Below are positions 39,101 to 50,523 of a stretch of 62,251 nt of DNA, in pieces. The DNA comes from a virus (Duplodnaviria; Caudoviricetes), in IMG/VR virus record IMGVR_UViG_3300005662_000046, positions 1-62,251 of that record. One strand, 5' to 3'. Numbering within the stretch: the stretch's first letter is position 1; every line of letters starts with the position of its first letter. Under the pieces are notes generated by a model, which worked only from the letters and a program-made list of their open reading frames with translations, was not told the origin of the DNA and ran no database searches. A program made the translations under genes and the position numbers.

Positions 39101-41870
39101 TGACTGGATCTCGACCATCTATTCCTCCCTGAAAAGCTGGATAAGAATCAATTCTATCTGCTCCTGAAAACGCTGCACTAGTTTCAAATATAGCAGTTAG
39201 CGCGACGTCGTCTTCTAATTGTCTAGAACCGGGTGGGAAAACATCTTCATATCTTGCTTGTCTTGATAATGTTGCAGTATATTCTGCAGCCATTACTGCT
39301 GACCAACTTGCATTAAAGCTTAGAGCTGACTCACTTGATTGATTATATGAATTAAAAATAGAAAAATTAAATGTATAATTTTTATAGCTATTAGATGAAG
39401 AAATTAAACCAGAAATTCTATCATTTATTTCTTTATTCGATGATCTATATAATCTTTCCCTTATAACATAAGGACCAAATGCTCCAGGTATAGTAAATTG
39501 AGCTGATGGAGAATTTGTATATGCGTATATTGGAGCGGTAATACTATTGCTGTCCACCTTAAACAATTTATAAGATGTTGGTATGTCACTACCATTACCA
39601 GTCACCTGAGCCAATACAACACCTGGACCCTTTACTAGGGTTGCATTAGCCACTTCAACATCATCATTTGTTATTTCTATGTAGAATTCTAAATTACTAG
39701 AATCAATTTCCTGTAAGGAAATACTATGTTGATCAGAAAGAAAATCATAAATAGATTTTTTATAAAACTCTAACACTGACGAATTGTTTGGAATTAAGTT
39801 TCTTGCATATTTAGAAGTTCCAACAGCATTTTCATTTCCTACTTTAATAAGAGAATATACTTCTTTTTTCTCGTCTTCCAATAAGACATCTCCATTTAAC
39901 ACATAAGAAGAATTCCAATCAGAAACTTGATAATACATTGATGATCTTATATCTTTAATTTTATTTGAAAATATTCTATTTAATAGCGCTACAGAACATG
40001 CGTTATACAACAGTTTCATTGGCCCCTCTATTGCTGCTACAGCAATAAACGTAGACTGAACTAAATTAGTAGGGCCATTATTGCTTGTTGCTATATCAAA
40101 TATAGAAGATGGCTGATATATGTCATTGCAGTATTTAAGCATTTGTGTAGTCGTGGCCAACAGTGATCCCTTTGACAGTGAGTCAGCAACGGGGACAAAC
40201 TGCAAGCTGGTAAATATTGGCTTACCTCTCGAATTGCTTAATACAGTGTTAGCGCTTGATATATTTCCAGTAAATTCTTTTACTGTTTTTTTAGTTGTAA
40301 GATCTGATAAATTATTTCTTCCAAATATAGAATATACATCATAATTAACATTATTTACAGTTAGTCTTTCAAACACACTTGAATTAATCGGCCAAGCATT
40401 TGTTTTATTTTCATTAACAAAAATGTTTTCTGAATTATAAGTCCATGTATCTAATGAGTATTCTTCAGTGCTGATTGACAAAGCTGGATCTATTACTTCT
40501 GCGCCAGAAGAAACCTTTGATAGATCTAACACCAATGTTCCCTGAGTCAACTCCATGTATTTCTTTAACTTTAAACCTTGATCTATGGTTATTGGAGAGC
40601 TTGGAGTCCAAGTGACTATGTCGTACAAGGACAATTGATCGTCTGTAACCGTATCAATATTCAACAACCAGTACATGGCTTGATTTTTCCCGTAGGTATC
40701 AGAAGAAGCTGACAGTGGATTCGTATACGTATACTTAGATACGTTAAACGGTGACTGTTCTAATCTTAAGAAAACATATGGATTAGCTGCACCATAATCA
40801 TTGGACTGTTGCATTCCAGCAATTTGTGCTGTTGTTGAAAGTACAGCGCAATTAATTACTTTTTGTTTTATTAAACCTTCTGAATCTATTTCTTCACCAT
40901 TGTTTATAGATGAAACGTCAACTGATCTTTTAACCTGAGTTATCAATCTCCAGTTAAAAGATTCATAAGTTCTATTGTCTGATAAAGCTTTTTTAGGAAC
41001 AAAAACTTCAAAGCCCTCTGCTTTAGCATTTGTGCTATTTATTATATTGTTTTTTGCAGTAATAGATTTTTTGCTATATATTTTTTTTGATCTCGAAGAA
41101 TTATCAACGACAATTGATTCTTCTCCGACTCTGTTAAATATACTAACAGTATTGATGTTTTCTTTATATTGAGGAACTGTCGATGATATTGATTCTGTTG
41201 CAGAAAGAACAACTTTGTCGTATACCAATGAGAGATCTACTGGAGATGGAGTATCAAATAAAACTATTATTTTCGAAGGAACATTTGACCTATCCGAATA
41301 AACTGGTAAATCTAAATGCTCAATTAATATTCGATATTTTTTTAGACCAGTAGATTGATCTATGTATTCAAATCCATTTTTGTCAATAACCTTAATTGAC
41401 TTTGGATAACTTGCTTCTGGTAAGAAATCATCAAATCCATCATATGCATACGAACTTCTTGGCAAAAGCGTATAGTATCTAGAAACATAAAACGAATGCA
41501 CGAAGCCATTCTTTTGAATATCTCCGATATAGTATTTTTTATCTAGGGCTGGTGCATTTAAAAATATATCGCTTACGCTAATATCGTCTGAATCAAATAC
41601 TGTATTACCGTCTGAATCCTCCAGTATTCCTAGCTCGTTAGCAAATACGACTTTATTTTTTGCAGATCTGTTTGAGGCGTTTATATTTGAGGAGTAAGAA
41701 TTTTCTGGAATAAAATTAGAAAGATCAGTTACTGAAATATTATTTGCTGGAGTTACTGGTTTTGAATCGAACCAAGCTAGAGCAGTTGAGGAGTCATCTA
41801 ATGGTAAATTGTTTACTTTTCTTATCTTTTTTTGACTGCTATTGTCAATATTTAAATTAAATTTATCCAC
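36162..41870 (-). CDS. Large virion protein (1902 aa) with an internal peptidoglycan-binding-like domain
   Basis: IKYIQ...SGKFEANTRTAVLAFQ...SGIVDSETKA pattern; structural context. Confidence 0.65.
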   Translation of the reverse strand: MDKFNLNIDNSSQKKIRKVNNLPLDDSSTALAWFDSKPVTPANNISVTDLSNFIPENSYSSNINASNRSAKNKVVFANELGILEDSDGNTVFDSDDISVSDIFLNAPALDKKYYIGDIQKNGFVHSFYVSRYYTLLPRSSYAYDGFDDFLPEASYPKSIKVIDKNGFEYIDQSTGLKKYRILIEHLDLPVYSDRSNVPSKIIVLFDTPSPVDLSLVYDKVVLSATESISSTVPQYKENINTVSIFNRVGEESIVVDNSSRSKKIYSKKSITAKNNIINSTNAKAEGFEVFVPKKALSDNRTYESFNWRLITQVKRSVDVSSINNGEEIDSEGLIKQKVINCAVLSTTAQIAGMQQSNDYGAANPYVFLRLEQSPFNVSKYTYTNPLSASSDTYGKNQAMYWLLNIDTVTDDQLSLYDIVTWTPSSPITIDQGLKLKKYMELTQGTLVLDLSKVSSGAEVIDPALSISTEEYSLDTWTYNSENIFVNENKTNAWPINSSVFERLTVNNVNYDVYSIFGRNNLSDLTTKKTVKEFTGNISSANTVLSNSRGKPIFTSLQFVPVADSLSKGSLLATTTQMLKYCNDIYQPSSIFDIATSNNGPTNLVQSTFIAVAAIEGPMKLLYNACSVALLNRIFSNKIKDIRSSMYYQVSDWNSSYVLNGDVLLEDEKKEVYSLIKVGNENAVGTSKYARNLIPNNSSVLEFYKKSIYDFLSDQHSISLQEIDSSNLEFYIEITNDDVEVANATLVKGPGVVLAQVTGNGSDIPTSYKLFKVDSNSITAPIYAYTNSPSAQFTIPGAFGPYVIRERLYRSSNKEINDRISGLISSSNSYKNYTFNFSIFNSYNQSSESALSFNASWSAVMAAEYTATLSRQARYEDVFPPGSRQLEDDVALTAIFETSAAFSGADRIDSYPAFQGGIDGRDPVNNFLYTGDIQAGNIIGAYGVGKPGMLVEYIKYIQISMREAGILVAGKLPELSGKFEANTRTAVLAFQTSTNARKKSGIVDSETKALIAINIWKSIKNSDPARYNSIIARLQTGNPTVIKYITAAADAIELSDLPNRDWNYRKVTSTGESGPNRLIDSIFLAVPFNLIPFNGVTQQDLKNQVLKSVKVYPGTFAGAPNYKGIALKSARVYSGPDMAGRQDVKGPADYTTSPFTIEVNKPMAECMFFAFQFNGGSLGGKFGAFAEGYSLAKVEFEIGWTIDKFNAETIVESGYRLDTITAPVEIKFNVAGSVNGISPNKAEVIDLNGVKSTKYATTPVSITYPTWSGEKTLDLSNTTINFSSTSYSPPFTPYSDSNLEPQYKDESISINLTQAKTVSIDSNTFATANVVSSTGNPVSSSNLNLSISSNRLVFETSSLIYENSNTIKSSEKLLNNYWLMKTDGSIIKSAKNSISVLDGLVLLTQPSLDPDKVGKPYGITLQSFVQGLPDGQEINIDYGSFILINNSRDNGGLIYGFYDKNKKEFLGTNLYYIDYISRGPDNLYIAALATDADGNLGSGTDFFGPKTTGKIVPSSIPVKMACPIYNVEYVPSSRIGISSIPPNLSKLQQWPLYITSGSFTKDIYINPAYGWTSWAEKYTGKVLRATYSTLNMSNVIWSQVAGKPYITVINETPIVLSSKRYQLTQVPVATFSEPSIMESGSVVNWVDFETRESIDSEWTPVDSNLIRNINCQTGVVDFITAITSNPDLIRVSYTAKSNGIPLKQINGRIIPINPFLNKNTVETEKPLHIYIKPTRIEVRSSSKDGYVWDYVSDYIYDSPIDFTYNTAIFDPYNSVNYDPFSLQIGLVHVLNSVDIKDLAIEDLRLKGGGLKATMGKTIDVQSYGSLDINKVFKEVKEASSFWDVYPPEQQAYSKGGFVIIKMPKEVLDNFTSEAELYSIISKNITAGVAYKIQDMDGNDWGVL

Positions 41871-41872
41871 AA

Positions 41873-44800
41873 TTAATCCTCATAATCTTTTATTAAGTTA
41901 GAATAATCTGAAACAACATATGGAGTAGCACCAAAATAACCAGCTTGATACTGCTCGTATCTTGGAATTGGCAGCCATTGCGGTGGTGTCCACCTAGGAG
42001 TTGATTCAGTATTTTCTACTATGTTCTCATTATAGTAACTGATTCTAAAGGTTGGAGTTGAATATATATCCAATGATTTATTGATATCATAATTAATTAT
42101 ATCAGGTATCTTTAGTCCAGGTACAAAATTAATATCTACGTTATCGTAGGATTCATACCAGAATAATACATCGCCAACTAATGTATTTGGGTTTAAAGAC
42201 GGAGTTGAACTTAACTCAGAATCAACAGCCATAAACCAATATCCTGGTGTAGCTCTATCCTGAGAGGGTATTGGACCTATTTCAAATTTTCCATTACTGT
42301 CTGCGTAAACGATACCCGAAACACTATCTTTGTCTGGAGTGGAAACTGAATTACTGTATGATACGCTATTTAAAGCTGAGTATAAATCTCTAGATTTTCT
42401 CCAATAAACTACACTGTTTTCACTCGGAGCATTGTTGATTGTTAGTATTCCAGATATTGTCGTAGACGATACTCCGTCGGCATTTATGATATCTGGATTT
42501 GCAGATGCTAATAATGTTGAATCTTCGACTCTAGAAGAATACACTGAAATCCACTCACCCTGACCAAACCCAGCATTATCGCTATCAGGGTGCGCAAATG
42601 GATTGCTTGGATATACTGCTCCATTAATTGCAATCATAGCCTTGTTTTTATGGGTAATATAGCCATAATCATAAACTGCGTTTACAGAAGCAAATCCTTC
42701 ATCATCAGTGGTTATAATAGGACTATCAAAAGTTAGACTATGATATAGGGAATAAAGAGTAAAGCTCTGATATGGTTTAGGATTTCCTTCAGTGTCTAAA
42801 GAAATTATGCTTATAGTTATATAATCATTTCCATCATCCAAAATATAACCTGGCGAAACAACTACCTTGATTCTATCAAAGTCATACGTTGCATTTGATG
42901 CAATTACATAACCTTTGTCCAGGAGTGAACTTGTTTGTCCAAAATTTAAATCTATAGGTGTTGAGTCTTCATATATCGAAGACTCGTATACGATTTCATA
43001 ATTCATTGTAGCGTTTGGCGTAGCGTCAAAAACTATCTTTGAATAATAAGAAGATTCGTCAACAACATTGTCTATGTAATAAGAGTTAAGAACTTTATAT
43101 TTTATATAATAGTCTCTGTCTTTTTTAAATTCATATATCGATTTATTTAATTTAATAAATGAATCACTTGTTGAAAGATCGCTAAACAAAAGTTCGCCAG
43201 TATAACCATCTGTAATAGAAAGACTATAAACATTTTCATAACCAAGATAAAAACTGTTATCGAACCTTGGTTGAAGAACTTCTGTATTGTAAAATCCAAA
43301 ATGCCTTGGAGAAGACTCATCTGGAAATCCAACCTCTGTATAGACTTCTGGAGTTGCAGAACCAACCAAAGAAACATTTACGATAACTGGAGCACCTTGT
43401 CTAGGTGTGTTGTTTAATGTTATTTCTTTTAATACTCCAGTTTGAGTTTCAGTAACTGGTTTAGCGTAGACATAATATTCATTTTTATCTAAATGAATCC
43501 AACCAGTGTTAATTCTCGCATCTAGCTTAGCATCGTAGAGCTTTCCTCTAACTATGAAATTATTAAATACTGTAGTATTTCTTTCTAAATCATATGATTC
43601 AGATATTGAATTATCTGGATAGTTTAAACTCTTTGTGGTGTAATTAATGTCTTGGTAAATGCTAGATATAGAATCTGCATTTAAAACGTATGTTCTGTTC
43701 AGGAATGGATTAACTATTTTTTGTTCTGACCAAACTGATACGTTTACAGATTCTGGATCTAAAACTTCAATTGTTTCAAAGAAATACTCAAACTTTTCAG
43801 AACCAGATAATCCAAAACCTTCTCTAGTTAATTCTGGAATTGAGATATAGTTAGAGTTTTTTCCTGGAACATATTCGCCATTCAATACATTATAACTAAT
43901 AACGCCATATTCATCAACGTATCCCGAGATAGGAGATGCGTGTGTTAGCTCAAACGGATCCCAATTAACTATTTCAAATGGATAGATTGAACCATCCTGA
44001 GTTGAAATCTTAAGAGAGTTTGGAGTGCTTGTATATGGATACTGTAGTTGAGTAAAATAATACGAGGCGGTTGCTGCAGAACCATTTACTGTAGTTGCGC
44101 CAACTTGACTGTTCGAGCTAGGTGTAGCAAGATTTGAGCTATTAAATTCTAATGTAATATTAGGAGAAGACGGAATGTATACTTGCCTATCTGTTTCTAG
44201 GTAATAAGAAACACCACCATATCCAGAAAAAGCCGAACCATCATCAAGATAATCTAAGTCTGCGTCTGTTGGTTTTAAGTTATTGATAAAAATCTGTTTT
44301 GGAGTTGCACCAACTGGCATTATTATATTAGAGATAATTCTGTCATGGTCAATTGCATAATCAGCCGGTGGCGTAGCAACGTCATTAATTATTATTTCTG
44401 ATTTTTGCGGAGTTGTATATTTAGTTTTTTGAACTGGATTATACAACTTTGAAAGAATCTGAAGCTGAGTACTTTGAGCAAAGTTTGGCGTTGCTGATAA
44501 CAAAGTTCCACTGCTTGTTAAGTTAGCAGTCCTATGAGAAAACTTTGCTTCAAAATTATCAGAGTTAGGTGTTGCGTAGGTAGAACCATTCCATAATCCA
44601 TTTTTAAGAACAATATTTTCTATTTTAGATATTTCTAATCTAGATGTATTAATTGAACTTCTTGTATTTCTATATCCAGATAATGTTTGCTTTTCTTTTA
44701 GCGCATACTTTGAAGAAATATATCCTTCTGTATCAAATATTTCTACAGCATTATATTCCGGATAGGCAGAATGTGTAGGGCTAAAATTATTCTTTGGATA

Positions 44801-46652
44801 ATATGTTATTGGTGCAAAAAATGTTATTGGTGTAGCGTAGGAACCATGCGGAGTGGCGCTAAATTCGAGCGTTAGGTTAACTGTAGCGGCTGGATTGTCA
44901 TATTCCGTAACCTCATATGAACCATAATATTCATATTGAAGCTTTACTGGCTCATACTTTATAGAAGTGCTAGCATTTACTTTGCCTTTAGCAACTATCG
45001 ATGTCTCAAAAAACTGAGGAGTTGCATCGTAGTTAGTAACGAACAGTCCAGCGTCGCTTAAATCGCCAACGCCTGGCTGATAGTATGGAATAGCAACTTC
45101 GTCATCGTAATATCTTGAACGAATTCTATTAACGCCTTCGTTATTTTCTCCAGCATAATCCCAGATACTGTCCCCAAACCTAAAGTATCCCCAGTTAGTA
45201 GGATATCTAACGTTTAGGTCTTCTACTAACTTTTTAAATAAATCAGTTGGATTACCATCTGCAGTAAAGTATGGGGTGGAATACTCAAGATCTGATATTT
45301 CCATCACCTCTGGGGTAGCCCCAACGTATGAAGATGAAGGCTCTACACCAAAAGCTTTCCAAAGATTTAGTTCTCTTCTAAGAACCTTCTTAAATGATTC
45401 TATGTCAGCGCCATTTGGATTCTTGAATACGTCTAAAATTCTTTCTTTATAGGAAGCGTTAGACTCAAGATGCAATCTAAATAAACCAACTCTTGCACCC
45501 ATTTCATCAAACCAGTTATATTTCAATATAGGAGTTTGACTTAGAGTTGTTGAGATCCCAGTATTTTCACTCTTTATTGAAAGATTTCCATACTGCTTTA
45601 TTGTTAGAATTTCTCTATTTAATGGGTTATGATAAAAAACATCATCAGTTGGTTTTGATTTATAAAAATCAACAAGATTATCTATTCTAGCCAACTCTAT
45701 AAGTCCATTGGATAATACTTTATTAAATACATTTGTTATATTTGTAGAAGAATACAACCAAGACAGCTGATTAACATCAGCTCTTTCTATAAAGGAGTTA
45801 ATTCTAAATAAATCTATTTCTCTATCAAAGTTATCTAAATCTTCACCAATAACTGCATTTATAAATTTACCAGCTGTTGATTTTGGTACATATAAACTAG
45901 GTGTAGCCTGATCCATTGAGTCTTCATATAAATGCATCCAGGAAGGGAATCTTCCTAAAACATTTTTTGCTGCTCGTGAAAGTATTGGATTAGAAGGTTC
46001 AGATATTGCTACTTCTATTAGAAGAAGGAAGCTTAAAGATGTCAGTACTTCTAATTCTGTATTTACTACTACTTCAAATTTTGCGTATCGTTTTGCATCT
46101 TTTGATAAGAGTATTGAACCTAAAGCGTTAGAAGTGGTTGTTACCGATAGTAGCCATGGTCCGATTTTCGCTGTCTGATTCGTATATGTTTAGATCAAAA
46201 GTAATTGATTCAACACTATTTAAAGAGCTAGAAAAAGCTCCTTTAAAAGTTCTTATGTCAATACGAGACGATGTATCTATAAATCTATAGAGATAATCTT
46301 CTTCAAAATCAGCGGTAAATATTGGCGTTGAATCACTATCTGGATCAAATACAAAGCTGTCACCGCTAACTGAATCTGAATAAAAATATAAATGAGGACT
46401 TACGGCTGGATCAAGATATAATTCACCAGCATCAGTAACTGCATAGGCGTCTTCTATTGTTGGTGTTGCGCCTTCAATTATTCTACTTCCAGTATAGGTA
46501 TAATCACCTAAGGAATTTAATCCAGTTGCTGACCTGGTATATGAGAAGTTTTTATAAAACCTATTTGAATAAAGGTCAATTACACCAGAGGTCCACAGAT
46601 TATTACTCTTGGTGAAGTCTCCAGTGTTAAAGCTTAACAAATAGGTTTTCAT
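41873..46652 (-). CDS. Large virion protein with Ig-like C-terminal segments; 1592 aa after a +1 shift at CGGA 46160-46163
   Basis: ESDSEN-GPWLLSV... stays open into track ORF 41873..45937; GGAG SD at 46652. Confidence 0.8.
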
Positions 46653-46663
46653 TTATTAAACTC

Positions 46664-47881
46664 CTAAACCGCATCTAGCCAAATACTGTACTCGCAAGTA
46701 ACTCCATTTTCAGGGTGAACGAACATCAAATGCTGACATGGTCTACTCATTGAGGAAAAGTACTCTTGAGCATACGTATTGTAGCTTTCTGGTGAACCTG
46801 AGACCCTGAGCATTGAGCTACCTATGGTCATTTTAAATTGCTGATGATAGTGGCCCATAAATATATCTTCAAAGTGCTCTGGGATTGCACCATCTTTCCA
46901 TCCCATTGCTCTCTTATAGTAGCCATGATACTGTCCTGGTGCAGGCATTTGGTCACCATGAATTAACAAAGAACTGTAATTACCGATGGTGTCTATGGCA
47001 TACCAATGCCTTTCGCCCTTTCCATCTGGAATATTAAAAGTTATTCTTGGCTCTTGTCTTCCCTCTTTATAAAAGAATTCCATTGACTTATAAAGCAGTC
47101 TGTCCATATTTGTTTCAGGATCGTGCTGCTTTCTTGCGCGTCCACCCACTGCACCATGATTTCCTATGACTCCAGTAACATGCACGTGCTCAAAGTGCTG
47201 TAGCACGGTGTCAAAGAACTTGCTTAAAATTGCCGGACCATTAACTCCAACCTGTCTATAAAGACCTGAGTCTATTAAATGGGCTTGTCCTGGAAATATT
47301 TCCTCACCCTCTACGATGTCTCCAAGTAGCCATACGTGAAGATTCTTTACAGGATGATGCTTTCTTTGTATTTCTGTTATCTCTAGCAATTTCTGAGTAT
47401 AGAGCTCTATTCTTTCTGCCAAAACTTCTGAATTATAATCAGGAGTTATTTTACCCAACTGCCAGTCTGCAAATACAGCCACTGCTGTTTCTGGAACGCC
47501 TGGCAACATCTTAAGTGTTGGTGCCTTAATAGGAGCGCTTTCTACCGAAGAGAAAGCGTCGAACGCAGCTTGATATACGGCATACACGGCCTCATCTCTT
47601 ACGTTCTTGTTCTTTTCAGCTATTCTAGCCAAGCGCCTATTTTCAGATCTCAAAAAGATAGACTGATCTGCGGCTGTGGCTTCGTGGCTATTTAGGAAGA
47701 TTTGAGCATCTTGCTCTTCTTCGTCCCATACTTCTTCTACTTGAGTTTCAATAATTTCACAATCATCGTGTAGTACTTCGCCAGGAAAATCTTCATACCC
47801 TTCTGCTACCATTCTAGCGTGGGTCATATTCTTTGCTTTTACTATCTGCTTTCTGATAACAGAATAAGTTTGTTCAGACAT
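46664..47881 (-). CDS. Calcineurin-like metallophosphoesterase
   Basis: ADWQ, GDIVEG, GNHG, HGD, GHYH. Confidence 0.85.
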   Translation of the reverse strand: MSEQTYSVIRKQIVKAKNMTHARMVAEGYEDFPGEVLHDDCEIIETQVEEVWDEEEQDAQIFLNSHEATAADQSIFLRSENRRLARIAEKNKNVRDEAVYAVYQAAFDAFSSVESAPIKAPTLKMLPGVPETAVAVFADWQLGKITPDYNSEVLAERIELYTQKLLEITEIQRKHHPVKNLHVWLLGDIVEGEEIFPGQAHLIDSGLYRQVGVNGPAILSKFFDTVLQHFEHVHVTGVIGNHGAVGGRARKQHDPETNMDRLLYKSMEFFYKEGRQEPRITFNIPDGKGERHWYAIDTIGNYSSLLIHGDQMPAPGQYHGYYKRAMGWKDGAIPEHFEDIFMGHYHQQFKMTIGSSMLRVSGSPESYNTYAQEYFSSMSRPCQHLMFVHPENGVTCEYSIWLDAV

Positions 47882-47904
47882 TAATTTACACCTTTTCTAC
47901 TAGT

Positions 47905-49065
47905 TTACGCTCCCATTATAACAGAGAATAGGCTAAGCGTACCAGCAGCCATGTAACTTTTATCGTCAGATAGTCTATAATCTTTATTGGGTATATTTTT
48001 ATTGTCTACTTTAATGTTGCTAACCGTAACAGACATAACCAATTCAGAAGAAAGCTTCATTTGTCTTTCTATTTCTGATATTGAAACTGAGTCACCAATT
48101 GTCAAACTGTTTAAATATCTGTTTAAGAAAATTCTTGATTGATTCTCTACGCTTCTAGCAATCGCCCCTGTTGTTCCCTCTCTCAGGGTTAGGGTTGCAG
48201 AAACATCCACTAATTTTTTAGTTGCTATTCTTAGATTCATGTTAATACCAACTGGCTTTACGGACTTAATCTTTTCGTAAACCAACTGACTCATTGTGGT
48301 TATGCCAGCCTGCGTTTCTGGTATGACCACAATGTCGCATGTGCCAACTCCCAAAGATGCTTCTCTTATCTTAACATCCCTTACACCCTTAACCGATAGA
48401 GCTGCAAATCTGACCGACTCTGCTGTACCTGATGCAGAACCTCTGATGGCTGAAACTATTCTTCTTCTATAGTTATCGTCAGACTCTGAGTTAATGCTGC
48501 TATAAACTTCTTTTGGATTATTGCAGTAAACTATAATTCCTGGAGGTGATATAAAATTATGCTTTACTAGGGTGTTTCTAGCTGCAGTCACATTATTATC
48601 TGCAAACTTTGCCTTAACAGACCCATAAGCTCTTGTGTTACCTGTCGCTATTACAACGTCTGAATTTAACTCATACTGATACTGAGTTGAGGAAAATGCT
48701 GTTGTATCATTATACACAAGCGTTCCTTTTGGAATGGTTACTGTAGAGCTGTGAGTTGTATTTAAATAAAATTCTATATTTCCAGTAACTCTTTCTGGCA
48801 CTAATTCAGCAGATATTGTTCTACGTTGTACGTTGTACAGGGTGCCAATCATATCTAAGTTTATTCCAGAAGCCGTTGAAAGATTAGATTGTTCTATGCT
48901 TACCTTTAGTGAATTGTAAAGGTCGCTAATTTCAGAATGGATTGCCTCTGCAAAAGCTCTAGCTATTGAGCCTGGGGAAATTGCGCTAATTCCTGCGTTC
49001 TTTTGCAGGGCGTTGAGGGTAGCTACCAGCATTTGCTCTTTACTCTTCATATTAACTGCTACCAC
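47905..49065 (-). CDS. Baseplate J-like protein
   Basis: PGSIARAF, TASGINLD, IPKGT, ESDDNYRRRI, KPVGI. Confidence 0.88.
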   Translation of the reverse strand: MVAVNMKSKEQMLVATLNALQKNAGISAISPGSIARAFAEAIHSEISDLYNSLKVSIEQSNLSTASGINLDMIGTLYNVQRRTISAELVPERVTGNIEFYLNTTHSSTVTIPKGTLVYNDTTAFSSTQYQYELNSDVVIATGNTRAYGSVKAKFADNNVTAARNTLVKHNFISPPGIIVYCNNPKEVYSSINSESDDNYRRRIVSAIRGSASGTAESVRFAALSVKGVRDVKIREASLGVGTCDIVVIPETQAGITTMSQLVYEKIKSVKPVGINMNLRIATKKLVDVSATLTLREGTTGAIARSVENQSRIFLNRYLNSLTIGDSVSISEIERQMKLSSELVMSVTVSNIKVDNKNIPNKDYRLSDDKSYMAAGTLSLFSVIMGA

Positions 49066-49066
49066 T

Positions 49067-49447
49067 CTAAGCTCCTAAGTCTTGTGTTATTGACAATATA
49101 GTAGGTTCATTTAAATCGCCCATTAAATAAACATCAAATCTAATGGAGTCTGCAGAAACCGGTACTGCTTCAATAGTAATTTGCCTGTTTTTAAAAACCC
49201 CTTCTCTCTCTAGGGCTGCACGAATTAATCTTTTGCCGAAGTCACCAGTTTGAGGATTCTGGGGCATGCCGTATAGCATTGAAAGCTGCGTCCCTAGCTG
49301 GGGATAGATAAAGAAGTCACCTGGCTCTGTCATCAGTCGCATGTATACATGCTGTATATCCTTTTCTGACATGGATTGGACCAGGCCTAAATCTCCAGAT
49401 CCATTTACCACCAAATCGCCACTCAGGCTGATGTAAAAATCAGACAT
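49067..49447 (-). CDS. Baseplate wedge, gp25/W-like
   Basis: GDL...RLMTEPG...YPQLG; next to baseplate J. Confidence 0.75.
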   Translation of the reverse strand: MSDFYISLSGDLVVNGSGDLGLVQSMSEKDIQHVYMRLMTEPGDFFIYPQLGTQLSMLYGMPQNPQTGDFGKRLIRAALEREGVFKNRQITIEAVPVSADSIRFDVYLMGDLNEPTILSITQDLGA

Positions 49448-50150
49448 TATTATCTCCTATGCTTTCTACGACTTTGTTGATAGCTTGCTCAATTGAATAA
49501 CTATCATCCATATAATCTTTTATTTTATTAGTAAAATCACTAATTGCCTCATTGGAATTTACAAGATCTTTATACTGCTCTCCGTACCTATCCCAAGATG
49601 ATTGGATTAATATTATTTGTTCTTTTGTAAAATAATTATCTAGTACAGAATTTTCCAATAGATTTGTTGGGACTACATCAGTTTCAGTAGTTTCCCTGTA
49701 GGCGTAGCTGCCATTAATAGTAACAGTTTGTTGTGCGTCTTCTTTATCTATCGAATCCAAATTCTTTATATAATAATCCATATTTAAAAATGCTGGATTA
49801 TAAGATTTATCATTTGCGCTAACGAATGTTGGCTCTGAAAATAGCGTTGCTGAATGATTAAACTCCATAGAGTTCCACTTTAAGCCATCTTCTTTTGTGT
49901 AAAATTTAATATTGTCCGCAAAGAGAGAAATGGTTTTTGTTGAGCCGTTTATGACTATTCCAACTCCCGGTGCTGAAAATATTTCTATGTCACCAGAATC
50001 TGTTAATCTTATGAAAGAAGAATTGTCCGGATGTGTTAAACCGACTTCTCTTTGAGAGAAGTTTTTTCTTCTATTTAATTCATCTATTTCGCTAGCAGTT
50101 TTTCCAGCAACTGAATCAAAAGACTTTTGTGCGTTAATTTTTTCTGACAT
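49440..50150 (-). CDS. Baseplate-associated protein, spike beta-helix-like N-terminal half
   Basis: HPDNSSFIRLTDSGDIEI; gene context. Confidence 0.5.
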   Translation of the reverse strand: MSEKINAQKSFDSVAGKTASEIDELNRRKNFSQREVGLTHPDNSSFIRLTDSGDIEIFSAPGVGIVINGSTKTISLFADNIKFYTKEDGLKWNSMEFNHSATLFSEPTFVSANDKSYNPAFLNMDYYIKNLDSIDKEDAQQTVTINGSYAYRETTETDVVPTNLLENSVLDNYFTKEQIILIQSSWDRYGEQYKDLVNSNEAISDFTNKIKDYMDDSYSIEQAINKVVESIGDNNV

Positions 50151-50151
50151 C

Positions 50152-50517
50152 TTAAATCATAAACTTTGGTACACCAGTGTTTACACTGTAATTGGGCATA
50201 TATCTTCCTACGCTATTCGTATCGTCTATATATGATACTATATGTGGAAACCTTTCGTTGGTATCAGCAAAGCCGACTATGCATCGTGTTCCAGCTGTTG
50301 GTGCAACGCTTTGCACGCCGAGGGTAGCTGGACATGGAACATTCCTAATTATGTCTCCAATTTGATTTGTCATTCTATCGTCTAAAATAATTACAGCTGT
50401 ATTATTCATTTTGTTATACGACATAATAGTTCCAGATCTTGTTTTAGATTGCTGAAGCTGGTTGTTGCTAATGTGTGAATTTAATTTTTCATCAAACTTT
50501 GGGTACTGTTTCACCAT
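50152..50517 (-). CDS. Baseplate spike OB-fold-like protein
   Basis: GTIMSYN...NVP...P.AGTRCIVGF. Confidence 0.55.
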   Translation of the reverse strand: MVKQYPKFDEKLNSHISNNQLQQSKTRSGTIMSYNKMNNTAVIILDDRMTNQIGDIIRNVPCPATLGVQSVAPTAGTRCIVGFADTNERFPHIVSYIDDTNSVGRYMPNYSVNTGVPKFMI

Positions 50518-50523
50518 ATCTCC

